Made by a program: the position numbers and the translations under genes
Shown here: positions 1 through 12,119 of the stretch, in pieces
Position numbering within the stretch: the first letter of the stretch is position 1
How the letters are laid out: each line of letters begins with the position of its first letter
From: Macrostomum lignano
Lineage: Eukaryota
Reading direction: 5' to 3'
Assembly (NCBI GenBank): GCA_002269645.1
Contig: NIVC01002317.1
Location: 1 to 44,503, forward strand
Length of the DNA stretch: 44,503 bases
The notes under the pieces: generated by a model
Told to the model about the DNA's origin: nothing
Database searches by the model: none
The model's input: only the letters and a program-made list of their open reading frames with translations

Positions 1-712
1 AATATCAGAAAAAGCGTCATATAAAAATCATAGATGCGTCATTTACAAAATCATAGAAGCGTCATGTAAAAATCATAGAAGCGTCATGTAAAAAATCATA
101 GAAGCGTCATGTAAAAAATCATAGAAGCGTCATGTAAACAATCATAGAAGCGTCATGTAAAAAATCATAGAAGCGCATGTAAACAATCATAGAAGCGTCA
201 TGTAAACAATCATAGAAGCGTCATGTAAAAAATCATAGAAGCGTCATGTAAACAATCATAGAAGCGTCATGTAAACAATCATAGAAGCGTCATGTAAACA
301 ATATAGAAGCGTCATGTAAAAAATCATAGAAGCGTCATGTAAAATCATAGAAGCGTCATGTAAAAAATCATAGAAGCGCCATGTAAACAATCATAGAAGC
401 GTCATGTAAACAATCATAGAAGCGTCATGTAAACAATCATAGAAGCGTCATGTAAAAATCATAGAAGCGTCATGTAAACAATCATAGAAGCGTCATGTAA
501 AAAATCATAGAAGCGCCATGTAAACAATCATAGAAGCGTCATGTAAACAATCATAGAAGCGTCATGTAAAAAATCATAGAAGCGCCATGTAAACAATCAT
601 AGAAGCGTCATGTAAAAATCATAGAAGCGTCATGTAAACAATCATACAGAAGCGTCATGTAAACAATCATAGAAGCGTCATATAAAAATCATAGAAGCCT
701 CATTTAAAAAAC
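1..712. repeat. Minisatellite, 22-24 bp unit AATCATAGAAGCGTCATGTAAA(C/A), truncated by the window start
   Basis: About 30 near-identical tandem units are visible directly; they decay into degenerate copies after ~700. Confidence 0.95.
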
Positions 713-859
713 TAATGAAAGTGTCATTTAAAAATTAAGAAGCATCATGGTACAATAAAAGAAGCATCATGTCAGACATGAAGGGTGTCATGTAAAAATT
801 AAATGCAGCTATAATGCTGTGCTGGGAGAAAAACTGAGACGTAAAGGCTCTCAGAGAAT

Positions 860-1880
860 AACTGAGATTACGGGGGGGTTGTTTCTGAGATGTCAAAGCA
901 AAAGTCAGAAGCTACTTCAAAGTTCATGTACTTTACTCAATTTTTTATTGCATTCTTTGTTGGCTCGCCACGGGGGGCGCTGATAGAAGAAGAGTCATGT
1001 AAAAAATAAAAGTAGCACTACGTATACATAAAAGAAAAGTCATGTCGAAGTTAAAAGATTCATTTGGGAATTGCTACGATGTCAAAGCTTGGTGAAATCG
1101 TTATAGTGCTGTGATTCTTAAAGAAGGAATCACTAAAATGTCAAGGCTTAGGGGAGAAGAATTGCTGAGATTTCAAGGCTTTAGGTTGGGTTAAAGTTAG
1201 GTTTAGGTCAGGTGTGGGTTGAGGGTTATATTTTAGCGGGTTTCAAGGTTAACAGAATAACAGGGGATTTTTAGATTAGAAGGTTTATGGGGCCATCGCT
1301 GACATGTTAAGGCTTACGGGGAATAGCTGAGATGGCAAGGTTCACGGGGGTATAAATGAGATTTCAAGGCTAAAGTCAGAAGCTACATGTAGTTTATTGA
1401 AAACTTTTTATTACATTATTTGATGCCTCCTCTGGGGAGGGATCGCTGATAGAAAAAGCGTAATGTAAAAAATAAAAGAAGCTTCATGTCGAAGTTAAAA
1501 GACTCATTTGGGAATCCCTACGATGTCGAGGCTTGCAGGGAATCGCTATAATGCTGTAGTAGTGCTATAATGACTCTTAGAGAGAATTACTGAAATTTCA
1601 ATGCTTTAGGGTTAGGTTAGGGTTAGGGTTAGGGTTAGGGTTAGGCTTAGGCTAGGGTTAGGGTTAGAAGGTTGACAGATATTTTTAGATTTCCAAGGCT
1701 TATTGGGGCATTGCTGAGATGTCAAGGGGGAAGTTGATATGTTAAAGCTTGTGGGGGGAATTACTGACATGTCGAGGCTTACAAGGTTTGACAGGAGATT
1801 TTTTAAGATTTCAAGGATACATGTAGCTTATTAAAAAAACGTGTATTGCATTTCTTTGGCTCCCCAACGGGGGGCGTAGA
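860..1880. repeat. Diverged ~470-bp tandem duplication (~2.5 units)
   Basis: The block AAAGTCAGAAGCTAC...CGCTGATAGAA...CATGTCGAAGTTAAAAGA(T/C)TCATTTGGGAAT occurs at ~900-1130 and ~1370-1600. A partial third copy (TACATGTAG...GGGGGGCG) lies at ~1815-1876. Confidence 0.75.
1606..1667 (+). repeat. Interstitial telomere-type repeat (TTAGGG)n
   Basis: About 10 TTAGGG/TTAGG/CTAGGG units; a degenerate counterpart lies at ~1183-1228. Confidence 0.85.
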
Positions 1881-1887
1881 TTGCTAG

Positions 1888-1991
1888 TCTATGACTAACT
1901 TTGGCTAATCGGATAGCAGTTATCTATGACTAACTTTGGCTAATCGGATAGCAGTTATCTATGACTAACTCAAGCAAATCTGATAGCAGTT
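1888..1991. repeat. 35-bp tandem repeat x ~3 (TCTATGACTAACTTTGGCTAATCGGATAGCAGTTA)
   Basis: Copies start at 1888, 1923 and 1958 (third diverged). Confidence 0.85.
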
Positions 1992-2600
1992 GTTGTATAG
2001 AGAAAAATGAAAATTTATTCTTTCGAAACTCATTGACTTTAAACTAAACTCATTGGCTAACAAAAAATGCAGTTTTTGTGGTAAAACCAAGCGTTATTTA
2101 TTTCTCAAAATGTCGGTCATTTTTTCGCTTTATACTTTTAAAAATATTGTTTGTGTCCAGAGAAAAAAAACAGCACAAGTTATTAGTTCATTGTGTTGTT
2201 GTGTCGCACCGCGGCTGCACCTCGGCTGGACACCGCAATGAGCTGGGGCGGGCACGTTTTCTTCGAGCTTTCTTAACACCCCCTCACTTGGTCCCCAGGG
2301 GCAATGCTGAGTAATGGTGGGGGCAGATGGGGGCGACTGTTTGATATGCAGGTACACGCCTATTGTAGTTGAGTTCATTTTATGGACACTCTGGGTACTA
2401 CTGCATGCTTACTGTACCAGTTGGGCGGCTGTTGCGGCCGAGAGCGAAATAAAATTGCGATAAAATGTTTGCTGGGTCATCTTTATCATCCAGCGACACT
2501 AAGGTGGCCTTAGGTTTACTCGTACATTTAGCAGACTACTGAGCTAGCGTCTTGGGAGTAGCTACTATCGGCCTTAAAGTGAAATTTAAGTGAAATTGCA

Positions 2601-3028
<428 letters not shown>

Positions 3029-3333
3029 ATCTATGTACGAGCTATATATAGACTGCACACGTGCACAGCCTTCCTATAGTTATGCACTTGCATCGTAAGT
3101 GATGTTCTGGAAATTCTTGTGATCAGTGCTTTGACAAGTAAGAGAAAACGATACTCGAGAAAATCTGAGAAACTGGAGTGGTATTGCTAGCAGTTGCAGC
3201 CGTTTATTCGGCTTTTGAGGTAGTACTGTATATGGAAAGCTCAGAGAAACTATTAATCTACTTCTAGATAGCGAGTTTATACAGTAAATGTAGTTCCGCT
3301 AAGCTGTGCCTGTTCATCATCGAGTTCATTAAG

Positions 3334-3536
3334 AACCCGGACCGACATGTAGCTCGTACTGCTGCTACGATGAGCTGCAGACCTGCCTGATCAGAGCCTC
3401 CCTGTGTGGCAGCAGGTGCCGCAGCGCTCTGTACAACAGCCGGCTGGCCGCCTGCCGCCTGCTGCAGTTCGCCGACGCTCCGGTCGACCCGGAAATCGAG
3501 AGGAGCCCGGACTGGGTCAAGCTGGTCAGGGTGTGA
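3334..3536 (+). CDS. Possible orphan terminal exon of a small Cys-rich (PAN/apple-like spacing) protein
   Basis: GC-rich open frame PGPTCSSYCCYDELQTCLIRASLCGSRCRSALYNSRLAACRLLQFADAPVDPEIERSPDWVKLVRV* (TGA 3534-3536), with a candidate acceptor AG at 3332-3333. No upstream exon found; the family call rests only on Cys spacing (C..C-x3-C-x-S-x-L-Y-x6-C-x-L). Confidence 0.35.
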
Positions 3537-3950
3537 GTGGGTCAAGCTGGTTACTGTCTAAGTGGGTCAGGGTCTGAGTGAGTCAAGCTGGTCAGAGTCT
3601 GAGTGAGTCAAGCTGGTCAGAGTCTGAGTGAGTCAAGCTGGTCAGAGTCTGAGTGAGTCAAGCTGGTCAGGGTCTGAGTGGGCCAAGCTGGTCAGGGTCT
3701 GTCGAGTGGGTCAAGCTGGTCAGGAGCTGAGTGGGTCAAGCTGGTCAGGAGCTGAGTGGGTCAAGCTGGTCAGGAGATGAGTGGGCCAAGCTGGTCAGGA
3801 GCTGAGTGGGTCAAGCTGATCAGGAGCTGAGTGGGTCAAGCTGGTCAGGAGCTGAGTGGGTCAAGCTGGTCAGGAGCTGGGTGGGCCAAGCTGGTCAGGA
3901 GCTGAGTGGGTCAAGCTGGTCAGGAGCTGAGTGGGTCAAACGGGTCAGGA
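3511..3950. repeat. 25-bp minisatellite GAGTGGGTCAAGCTGGTCAGGAGCT, ~17 units
   Basis: Direct reading; variants GGTCT/AGTCT/GAGCT are clustered along the array. Confidence 0.95.
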
Positions 3951-4617
3951 CGCTTCTTCTCAAGACATTCCCTGCGAACAAACTGCTTAAAACCATGCAG
4001 AGAGGTATCATTATGCTACGTAGATAATAGAATATCCATACGTCAATGTTTCTGCTGTTAAGTCACATATTACGATCGTATTTTCGACCTGGTTATTATC
4101 AAGGGGAGGCTCAAAGACGCAATTTTCTGAGTCAATTGTACATTTTTGTCTCACTATAGGTGTCCGGCCTTCAACTTTACTGGCTCACCGAGTTTATCTT
4201 CGTAGGCAGACCAATGTACAATGCACGTGTCAAAGCTTGTTTTAATCTGTCCCTTCAACTCCAACCCTGCAGTCTAATGCGTGCAGTATGACACATTTGC
4301 TCCACGCTGGAAAGAGGATTTCCTAATCTAAAAATAGACACAAAACTGTACACATAGCTACTGCATAGAAGTTAGAACTTAAGAACCCCCCTGGCTTCCA
4401 GCTTATTTACCGGTATATATTTCAGTTGGATTTGCCAGAATGACGTGTGCAAAAATGTTGGAACTCGTGACACTGTAGAAATTCTGTAGTAATATGGTCT
4501 GTAAATGTACATTTCATTTTTGTACATGCACATCAGATTATTATAAATGCAAGCGCCCTGGGAACAGTTTTTTACTTAGCTTCATCACTGGAACTCAACA
4601 CCCTGAAACTGGAAGTC

Positions 4618-5394
4618 ATGTCTGACAGCATCGTTGGATTGCAAGCTCCTGCACAAGTGCAGCGTGAGGATCTGAATTCCGAACTGTTGCAAAACCGCCT
4701 AGCATTTGTCCTTCACAACGTTCTTAACAAGTACGAGTGCGCCGCCGTGATTCGAGCTGCTGAAGGTGTCGGATTCAAGCCGGCCACAGTGCGCACTGGC
4801 TTCAAAACTATGGAGTACCAGCCAGACTTTCGCGTTGGCGATAATTCCTACCTGACCGATGTGGACATCCGAGAAACGATTTTTCAGCGCATCAGGCCGC
4901 ACTTGCCGCCAAAGTTCGGCTTCGGTAAGCTGGTTGGTCTCAACGAGCGCATGACTTTGCTGCGCTATGGTCCCGGCGGGTTCTTCGGCGAGCACAGGGA
5001 CGGAACCTACATCACGGCAGATGACTCGGCAATCAGCTTCATCACTGTCCAGCTCTATCTCAATGAAGGATTCGAAGGAGGCGAGACAACCTTCTTTCCA
5101 GATGGACTGATGCGCGCAGGCGACAAGCCTGAAGATCGTCGACGAGTGGCGATGATGCCGCGCACCGGTTCGGCAGTGATCTTCGAGCACAAGATTCTGC
5201 ACGAGGGCAGCCTGGTGCAAAGCGGAGTAAAGTTCACACCTCGGGCTGACGTTCTCTACTCAAGGTATTATCCTCCAACTGGCACAGATTTTGATAGGGT
5301 CAATGGCAAGACGGATGAACCTACTGAATCAGGTTTTCCACCGATATCATTGAGTGAAAGACAGAGCTTGTGGTCCAGGTGTGCGGTGCAATAG
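4618..5394 (+). CDS. Intronless 2-oxoglutarate/Fe(II)-dependent dioxygenase (prolyl-4-hydroxylase-like, 2OG-FeII_Oxy_3 type), 258 aa
   Basis: Motifs VLHNVLNKYEC, GLNERMTLLRY, HxD (FGEHRDG), QLYLNEGFEGGETTF, distal His (LHEG) and the 2OG-binding K/R strand (KFTPRADVLY). Upstream acceptor-like TTTTTACTTAG ends at 4580. Confidence 0.9.
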   Translation: MSDSIVGLQAPAQVQREDLNSELLQNRLAFVLHNVLNKYECAAVIRAAEGVGFKPATVRTGFKTMEYQPDFRVGDNSYLTDVDIRETIFQRIRPHLPPKFGFGKLVGLNERMTLLRYGPGGFFGEHRDGTYITADDSAISFITVQLYLNEGFEGGETTFFPDGLMRAGDKPEDRRRVAMMPRTGSAVIFEHKILHEGSLVQSGVKFTPRADVLYSRYYPPTGTDFDRVNGKTDEPTESGFPPISLSERQSLWSRCAVQ

Positions 5395-6158
5395 CAATCA
5401 TACATGTGATGATGAGCTCTTTCACTTGACAAACACAAATATATTTCTATATCCTATGCAAATACTGTGCAAATCATAAAAATTAAAATAAAAAATTCAA
5501 GTTTATGCTACAGCCATTGCAAGAGAACGTTTATTAAATTGATATAGTATTTTCATTGATTAACGTACTTTAGTTGTCCTTCCTTAGCCAAAATTAAAGT
5601 CGTCCTTGTAATTTGGATAAAAACGTTCACACAAGGAAAACGCGCAGACGAATATGTGAAGAATTTTACATTTCCCTGAACAATGTGACATTTCGATTGT
5701 ATTTTTTAACTTTTAAATAAAATATTCTTTGCAAATCGTCGTAGATATAGTTTTAGATGTACTTTAATGCCAATGAATAAAAATATCAATAAGTTTCCAG
5801 TCGGCGTTGTGTTGTTGGGAGACTTCGCGGTGCCGCGAAAAAGAGTTTAAAGTATTTATAGCGCAACATTTCTCAAACCACCAGTGCGTATATTGACTTA
5901 TAAACCTTTAAAAAACGGCTTCTTTTTGTCATCTAAAAATATTTGTTTAAAACGAGACCAATAAAGAACTCGTGTGCACGCCAGCGAGTTTTTAGACGCG
6001 GCGGCCCTCCGATATCATTGTAACAGAAATAAAACTACTTTTCACCCTCTGAGTGTATTTGAGCACCTATGCTTTCATGGCTCTGCAGAGAAGAGTTCGA
6101 GATTGATTGTGTTTGAATAGGCTGTGAATAGTTTTATTTTATAGGTCTAATTTTGAAT

Positions 6159-6794
6159 TAGTGTTCCGCCGTAAGGAGGGTCCATGTACCGTAGCCGTAG
6201 CCGTAAGCAAAACTACGGCTTACTCCAATTCTCCGTATTCCGTAGCCGTAGGGACCCCGAAATTACCATATTCCCGTAGTTCCCGCAGCCGTAGCCGTAT
6301 AGTTTTAACAAAAAGTCTAAAAAAACAAAATATTTTGAATCAAGAAGATAACCTAGTGCTTAAACAACTGCAAATTAAATTAGAAAATAAAAGAAACACT
6401 TAATTGCCTTTGTAAGATTTCGTCTTTTTTCAGAGCAACAATACTTTATCGTTACTGAAAGTACGAATGCTGAAATTTTTTACAATAAAAAAATAGAGTT
6501 TGCTAGTGTTTTATTGTACTTTTTAGGTATACTTTATAAGTTTCTAGGTTGATAATACAGTTTACTAAAAGTATCTTTGTTTTACTCTATCTGCTTCTAA
6601 TATTTTTTTCAATTTTTAACATTAATAACTACGGGACCTACGTGAATCTACGGGAAGCAACTACCATATTTCCGTAGTCGTAGCCGTAAGAGCAGCTAGC
6701 TACCGTAGGCGTATCCGTAGCTGCCGTAGGCACCTATTTTACCGTATTTGCCGTAGGATCCCGTAGCCGTAGCTACGGCTACGGCGGAACACTA
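6159..6794. mobile_element. Non-autonomous hAT-type MITE (family A), 636 bp
   Basis: Perfect 15-bp TIRs TAGTGTTCCGCCGTA (6159-6173) / TACGGCGGAACACTA (6780-6794); perfect 8-bp TSD TTTTGAAT (6151-6158 and 6795-6802); more than 20 subterminal CCGTA(G)/TACGG motifs around an AT-rich core. Confidence 0.93.
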
Positions 6795-7701
6795 TTTTGA
6801 ATTTATAGGCCCCTATAAATTCCCTATAATAAAATCCATGGTTTAATTATTAAACAGATAGAAGCATCTATTTGCAATCTAGGATCTGATCTGGCGATGC
6901 TTGATGGCTATCTGGCTATGTGTAGGCTATTCTGCACAACACAGTGCATGCATCACCTTACATAATAATAATATCAGCTGCATCACTTATTTGGCATGTG
7001 TCATAGTGTGATATGTCTAAGTTATGGACCCATGATATAGGCTAGGCCCTATAGGTAGGGCCTATCAAAGCTATCATATATCTATTTTTAGACAATTGTT
7101 TTTGCAATTGAACTATACAAAAGACCAACTGAGACCACTCAAATAATTGTCTAAATTACTTTACTAGGCCTAGGCCCTAGGCCTAGTCAATTAGTAAAAA
7201 ATAGGAAGTGCTTATCTTATCCTTAGGCTATAGATGCAGTCCCATGCCGATAATTCCAATTTTATTCACACAGATCCATGTGGATAATTTTCAGCTTGTC
7301 CCCATGGCAGCTTATTGAAATAGCTGCCACTATTCAAGTCTATAGGCTATGTCAATAAGTCTAATTTTATCTACATAGATCTATCAATAATTTTTAGCTT
7401 AGGCCTATCCCCATGGCTAAGAATCTTTTCAATCTTTAAAAGACCAATTCTTTTAAAGATTCTAAATTCAATAGGACCTATGTAATAATAATAATAATAA
7501 TAATAATGACAATATCAATTTTGAATAGAGTTAACAAGATGTTAAAATGACACTGTCATACTGTAGCTTCAATGGGGCCTGGAAAGTCATACAACATTAT
7601 CATAACTGATATAACAATTATTTTAAGCTAGGCCTATGCAATATATAAATTACAATAAAAAATACTAATATGTAGATGTAGCAATATTTAACATTAGTAC
7701 A

Positions 7702-7999
7702 CATACATGTGCAACCTCCAAAATTCGGTCAGCCGTGCGACTTAGTTTTAACAAAAATGCGACGTAGTTTTTGGCCAAAAATGCGACTTACATATAAAAA
7801 AACCCGAAAGCAAAATTAACGCAACTTTGGGTAAACGGCAGGAGTAACTATGACTGTTTTATTAAGCTAAAATGCCTCGTCAGCTACTTAGTACTACTCT
7901 TCAGGTTATTTTTTGGGTGGGCATTTTTGCGACTTCCTTGATTGGCCGCCAAATCGGTCGGCCGGATCGGCCGACTCGGCCGACTGTTGCGCATGTATG
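7702..7999 (-). mobile_element. hAT-type MITE (family B) copy 1, 298 bp
   Basis: 14-bp TIRs CATACATGTGCAAC / GTTGCGCATGTATG; 8-bp TSD TTAGTACA (7694-7701 and 8000-8007); reverse-complement homologue at 20708-20999. Strand is given only relative to copy 2. Confidence 0.93.
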
Positions 8000-8639
8000 T
8001 TAGTACACAAAACTAAACACAAACAACTGCATAATCTTAGGCTAATTCCAATATTTAACATTAGTACACAAAACTAAACACAAACAACTGCATAATCTTG
8101 TTTGTCTATAATATATAGACAACGGCTAAGATTATGCAGTTGTTTGTGTTTAGTTTTGTGTATTTAGGCTAAGATTATGCAGTTGTTTGTGTTTAGTTTT
8201 GTGTACTAATGTTAAATATTGCTACATCTACATATTAGTCTTTTTTATTGTAATATATATTGGCGCATGACCAAGATGGCCACACACCAAGATGGCCACA
8301 GCTCTGAATGGCTGCTTGGATAGGAATAGGTCTATATATTTCCTCATTTCCTATTGGCTGTGATTGGGGTGGGGTATGACGTAGCTTCAAGTCTCGGAGA
8401 AGACAGATTTTGTTAGTGAAATTAGACTAAGTAAAACAAAAAACACTTCCCTTTACAGCAGGTATTACTACCTACTAAAGCTAGTAGCACTACTAGCACA
8501 AGACATTTGATTTTTGTATCATGGATAATAGTTTCAAACGTATCTCAATATACTAAAACTGACGTGTTGTTTGTATATGTTAAAAGTTAAAGGTAGAGGG
8601 TAAAGGTATTAGTTATGATAGAAGTAAGCAAAAATTGGA

Positions 8640-9060
8640 GTGCCTCTTGTCTCTCATCTTTTCTCTTATCTCTGCACTCTCGTCTCTTTTCTTTTCTCTG
8701 TCATTTCTGCCCTCTCGTCTCTAATCTTTTCTCTCTCTCTCTCATCTCTGCCCTCTCCTCTCTCATCTCTTGCCCTCTCCTCTCTTATCTATTCTCTCTC
8801 ATGTCTGCCCTGTTCTCTCTTTTCTCTCTCATCTCTGCCCTCTCCTGTATCATCTTTCTCTCTCTCATCTCTGCCCTCTCCTCTCATCTCTTGCCCTCTC
8901 TCTCATCTATTCTCTCTCTCATGTCTGCCCTCTTCTCTCATCTTTTCTCTCTCATGTCTGCCCTCTCCTCTCATCAACTCTCTTCTCCTTTATTCCTTCG
9001 CCTCTCCTTTATCCTATGCTTGTATTTCTCTTCTCTATTCCTTACCCTCTCTCCTCACCT
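8640..9060. repeat. CT-rich degenerate repeat inside the MULE
   Basis: CTCTCTCATCTCTGCCCTCTC-type units; source of the spurious Leu/Ser ORFs 8615-9208. Confidence 0.85.
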
Positions 9061-9254
9061 CTGGCCCGCTCTGTCATCAGGACTCCTCGCTTCGCTTTGG
9101 GGGCCAACGAAGCAGACTAGAAGGGCAGTCATGAGCTGGGTTCTCAATCGAGGTAAAAAGTTTGCCAACCCCTGCACTAAAAGCACCTGGCTTAGTCACA
9201 TTAGATAAAAACTACATGTATAGTGGAATGGGATTGAGAACAACGTGAACTAGC

Positions 9255-9475
9255 CTCTCTACTCTCAACCTCTCTATTCTCAGCCTCTCCACTGTCAGCC
9301 TCTATCTACTCTCAGCCTCTATCCACTCTCAACCTCTATCCCCAGCCCCTCTCTACTCTCAGCCCCTCTCTGCTCTCAGCCCCTCTCTGCTCTCAGCCCC
9401 TCTCTGCTCTCAGCCCCTCTCTGCTCTCAGCCCCTCTCTGCTCTCAGCCTCTCTCTACTCTCAGCCTCTACTTTC
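9255..9475. repeat. 17-bp minisatellite CTCTCAGCCCCTCTCTG
   Basis: About 5 exact units around 9349-9440 with degenerate flanks. Confidence 0.85.
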
Positions 9476-10299
9476 ATCTTCTCTCTCAGCTCAGCTTATA
9501 TCTAGTTCTAAAATCTGAAGTCATACTCAAACAAAAACTTGTCTTTCGAAAACATGTATCGGCAAAATCTCTGGCCTCCTGTCTCTCTCTATGTCCCTCG
9601 GATCCTTTGAAACTCTATCTTCTCTTTTGTTTCCTCTCTCTTCTCTCTCTCTCTTCTCTTCTCTTCTTTCCTATCTCCTCTCTTCCATCTTCTCTCGTCG
9701 ATCTTCCCTCACCTTTCTTCTCTTTCATCTTTGCTCTCTCTTTGCTCTTTGCTAAGAGCCAAAGACTATTCTAAAAAAATCACTGGAAGGAGCATGGAGG
9801 CCTTGGAGCCCCATGTGTGAAGGCCGTGTCATGTCATTAAAGATTATAGGACTGAGAAAATTTATTTATTAGGAGTTAGTCTCCCGTTTGACCCCCGCTG
9901 AGTGGCAGAATGGAAGTCAGCCCGTGATTGCTTAATCCCCTCCCAATTAGCGTATTGAAAGATTGCTCGTGTTGCCCCGTTGGATACCGCTTTTCGCTTA
10001 TTTACATGCGCTTTCCATCATATTCAAACTATGTTGTGACTCCGTTCTCATGTGGCGATGTTTAAATATCTAGGATTTGAGCTCGAACTTTGAGCTCAAA
10101 TTTGAGCTCGTACGGTATGTGTTTATTCCCTATAAGTCAATATTATCTTGGAAACTGGAAAAATTTCTATGGGTCTGCCCCGCAGGAGGTCCTGCCCCGC
10201 TGTTTAAAATTTTGTAGGAACAATGGAAGTCTGGGACTGTTAAAATTAGCACATTTCAGTTTGATTTCTCGTGTTTGTTCGCACCTCGTAGGTCAGTGC

Positions 10300-10825
10300 A
10301 AAATTCTCAATTCTCTCTCCTCTATCATCTCGACCCTCTCTCCTATTATTTATTTCCTGTCTTATCTCCTCTCTCTCATCTCTCATCTGTACTCTCCTTT
10401 AACATCTCTCCTCTTTTTTCCCAACTCTCCCAACTCTTCTCTCAACTTTCTCCCCTTTACTCTTTCACCTCCCCTCTCTACTCTCCTCCCTCTCATCTCT
10501 CCTGCTCTCCCATCTCTCTTCTCCTTTCTACTCTCTCCCTTCTCCATTCTTCTATTTCCTCTCATCTCTCTTCTCTCCCTTCCACTCTCTTCCTGTCCTC
10601 TCAATTCTCCCCTTTATTCTCCTTTCTCCTTCACTCCACTTCTCTCCCATTGTCTCTCATGTCTGCTCTCACATATTTCTCTTCTCTCTCCACTCGTCTC
10701 TATAATCTCTTCCCTCTCCTCTCTCCTCTGTTCTAGCTCTACTGTCTCATTTCTCGTCTCTGCTTTCTCATCTCTCCTTTCTCCTCTTTAATCTCTCCTA
10801 TCTGATCTCTTCTCTCTTCTGTTTG
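10300..10825. repeat. CT-rich low-complexity polypyrimidine tract
   Basis: Almost entirely C/T on the + strand; source of spurious ORFs 10090-10791. Confidence 0.85.
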
Positions 10826-11844
10826 TATCAGACTTGTGTCTGTACATGTATTTAGAGGTTCGGCTTAATTTGACGAGATTTCAGAATTGTCAGACTTTGA
10901 TTGAAGCCTTGCGTCTCTTGGGTATCAGTACTTGCTGAAAAATACATGCATCTCATATCTGTGCAAATTTGCCGCAGTGCATAAAGAGTACAAATGATAT
11001 TTACATAAATAAATCTGAGGCTTCATGCTAAGTGCTGCATGCAGATTCACTATATTGAGTTATTTTTTTACGAGCCAAATTGTTATCATGGTTACCAACC
11101 ATAGCAGTTGGCTAAAAATGTTAAAACTGAAAAAAGATTGCAACGAAAAATAATATGGCTGATTTGAGGTGAGCTGTTTTATATAGATAGATTTTTATCT
11201 CCACGCAAGCCAGTCAGTTATTTAGACTATTTATGACTTCCAATCGTATCGTATCAGTTGTCGTATCGTACAGGCCACAATTGAAAAAAATGTTGCTCTA
11301 GGGTTGGCTTGAGTGTAACGATCCGTGACCATAAATTAAGTCTTTGCTCATTCAAGCTTGAATTGAAAGCAACCCCACCTACCTTTTGTATTCAACTTAA
11401 ACAAATTAATACGGCTCGTATGTGAACTCAATAGAAGTGGAAATCAAAAATAAAAACACTGCATCAGTTGCCACCCATTCACGATACTTCATATTATTTC
11501 TAGATACCAACGGATTGACAACAGTTTGTAGCAATGAATAAATTGTTTTTCTATGAAATCTTTCATCAGGCCTAGCTGTTCTGCAAATGTGGGTGCAAAA
11601 GGTATCTCATATCTGCATTTTAATAGCTCGTATACGTAGCTCATATAATATCATGCATAATGATGGGGATGATGGGATGATGATGAATTACGGAGGCAGA
11701 AGTGCACTGAGTCACACATACATGCAGTGACTAGCCCAAGTAAAGGCTGTTTGCTCTGTAAGTGCGACGCAATGAACCCCCCCATCCCAAATTTGAGCGT
11801 AAAACAAAGTGTAAAATCTGGCAAGAAATGTGCACGGTGATTCT

Positions 11845-12084
11845 AAGGTACGGTGGCATGGATAGATGACAAAGTTCAAGCAAATTATAGCAATGGGTGC
11901 AGTACAAATAAGTAAGTGCGGATTTTTTGGCTTTTTTAACTCATTATGATCTGAAATGGCAATAAGGTACGGGTGGCATGGATAGATGGCAAAGTTCAAG
12001 CAAATTATAGCAATGGGTGCAGTACAAATAAGTAAGTGCGGATTTTTTGGCTTTTTTAACTCGTTATGATCTGAAATGGCAATA
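11845..12084. repeat. ~120-bp tandem duplication immediately 3' of the transposase ORF
   Basis: AAGGTACGG(G)TGGCATGGATAGATG...GATCTGAAATGGCAATA starts at 11845 and 11964. Confidence 0.9.
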
Positions 12085-12119
12085 GATTTGGGCGGGCGGC
12101 TTGGGTAGTTGATGAGTTT

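Noticed and set aside
1606-1667. True chromosome end
   Set aside because: The tract is only ~60 bp, is imperfect, and is flanked by ordinary sequence on both sides.
9160-9182. hAT-like terminus GTTTGCCAACCCCTG as a complete nested element
   Set aside because: I could not find the matching left TIR or an 8-bp TSD, so it is only mentioned as MULE cargo.
8615-10791. Leu/Ser-rich ORFs resembling membrane proteins
   Set aside because: Polypyrimidine low-complexity tracts that lack stop codons for compositional reasons.
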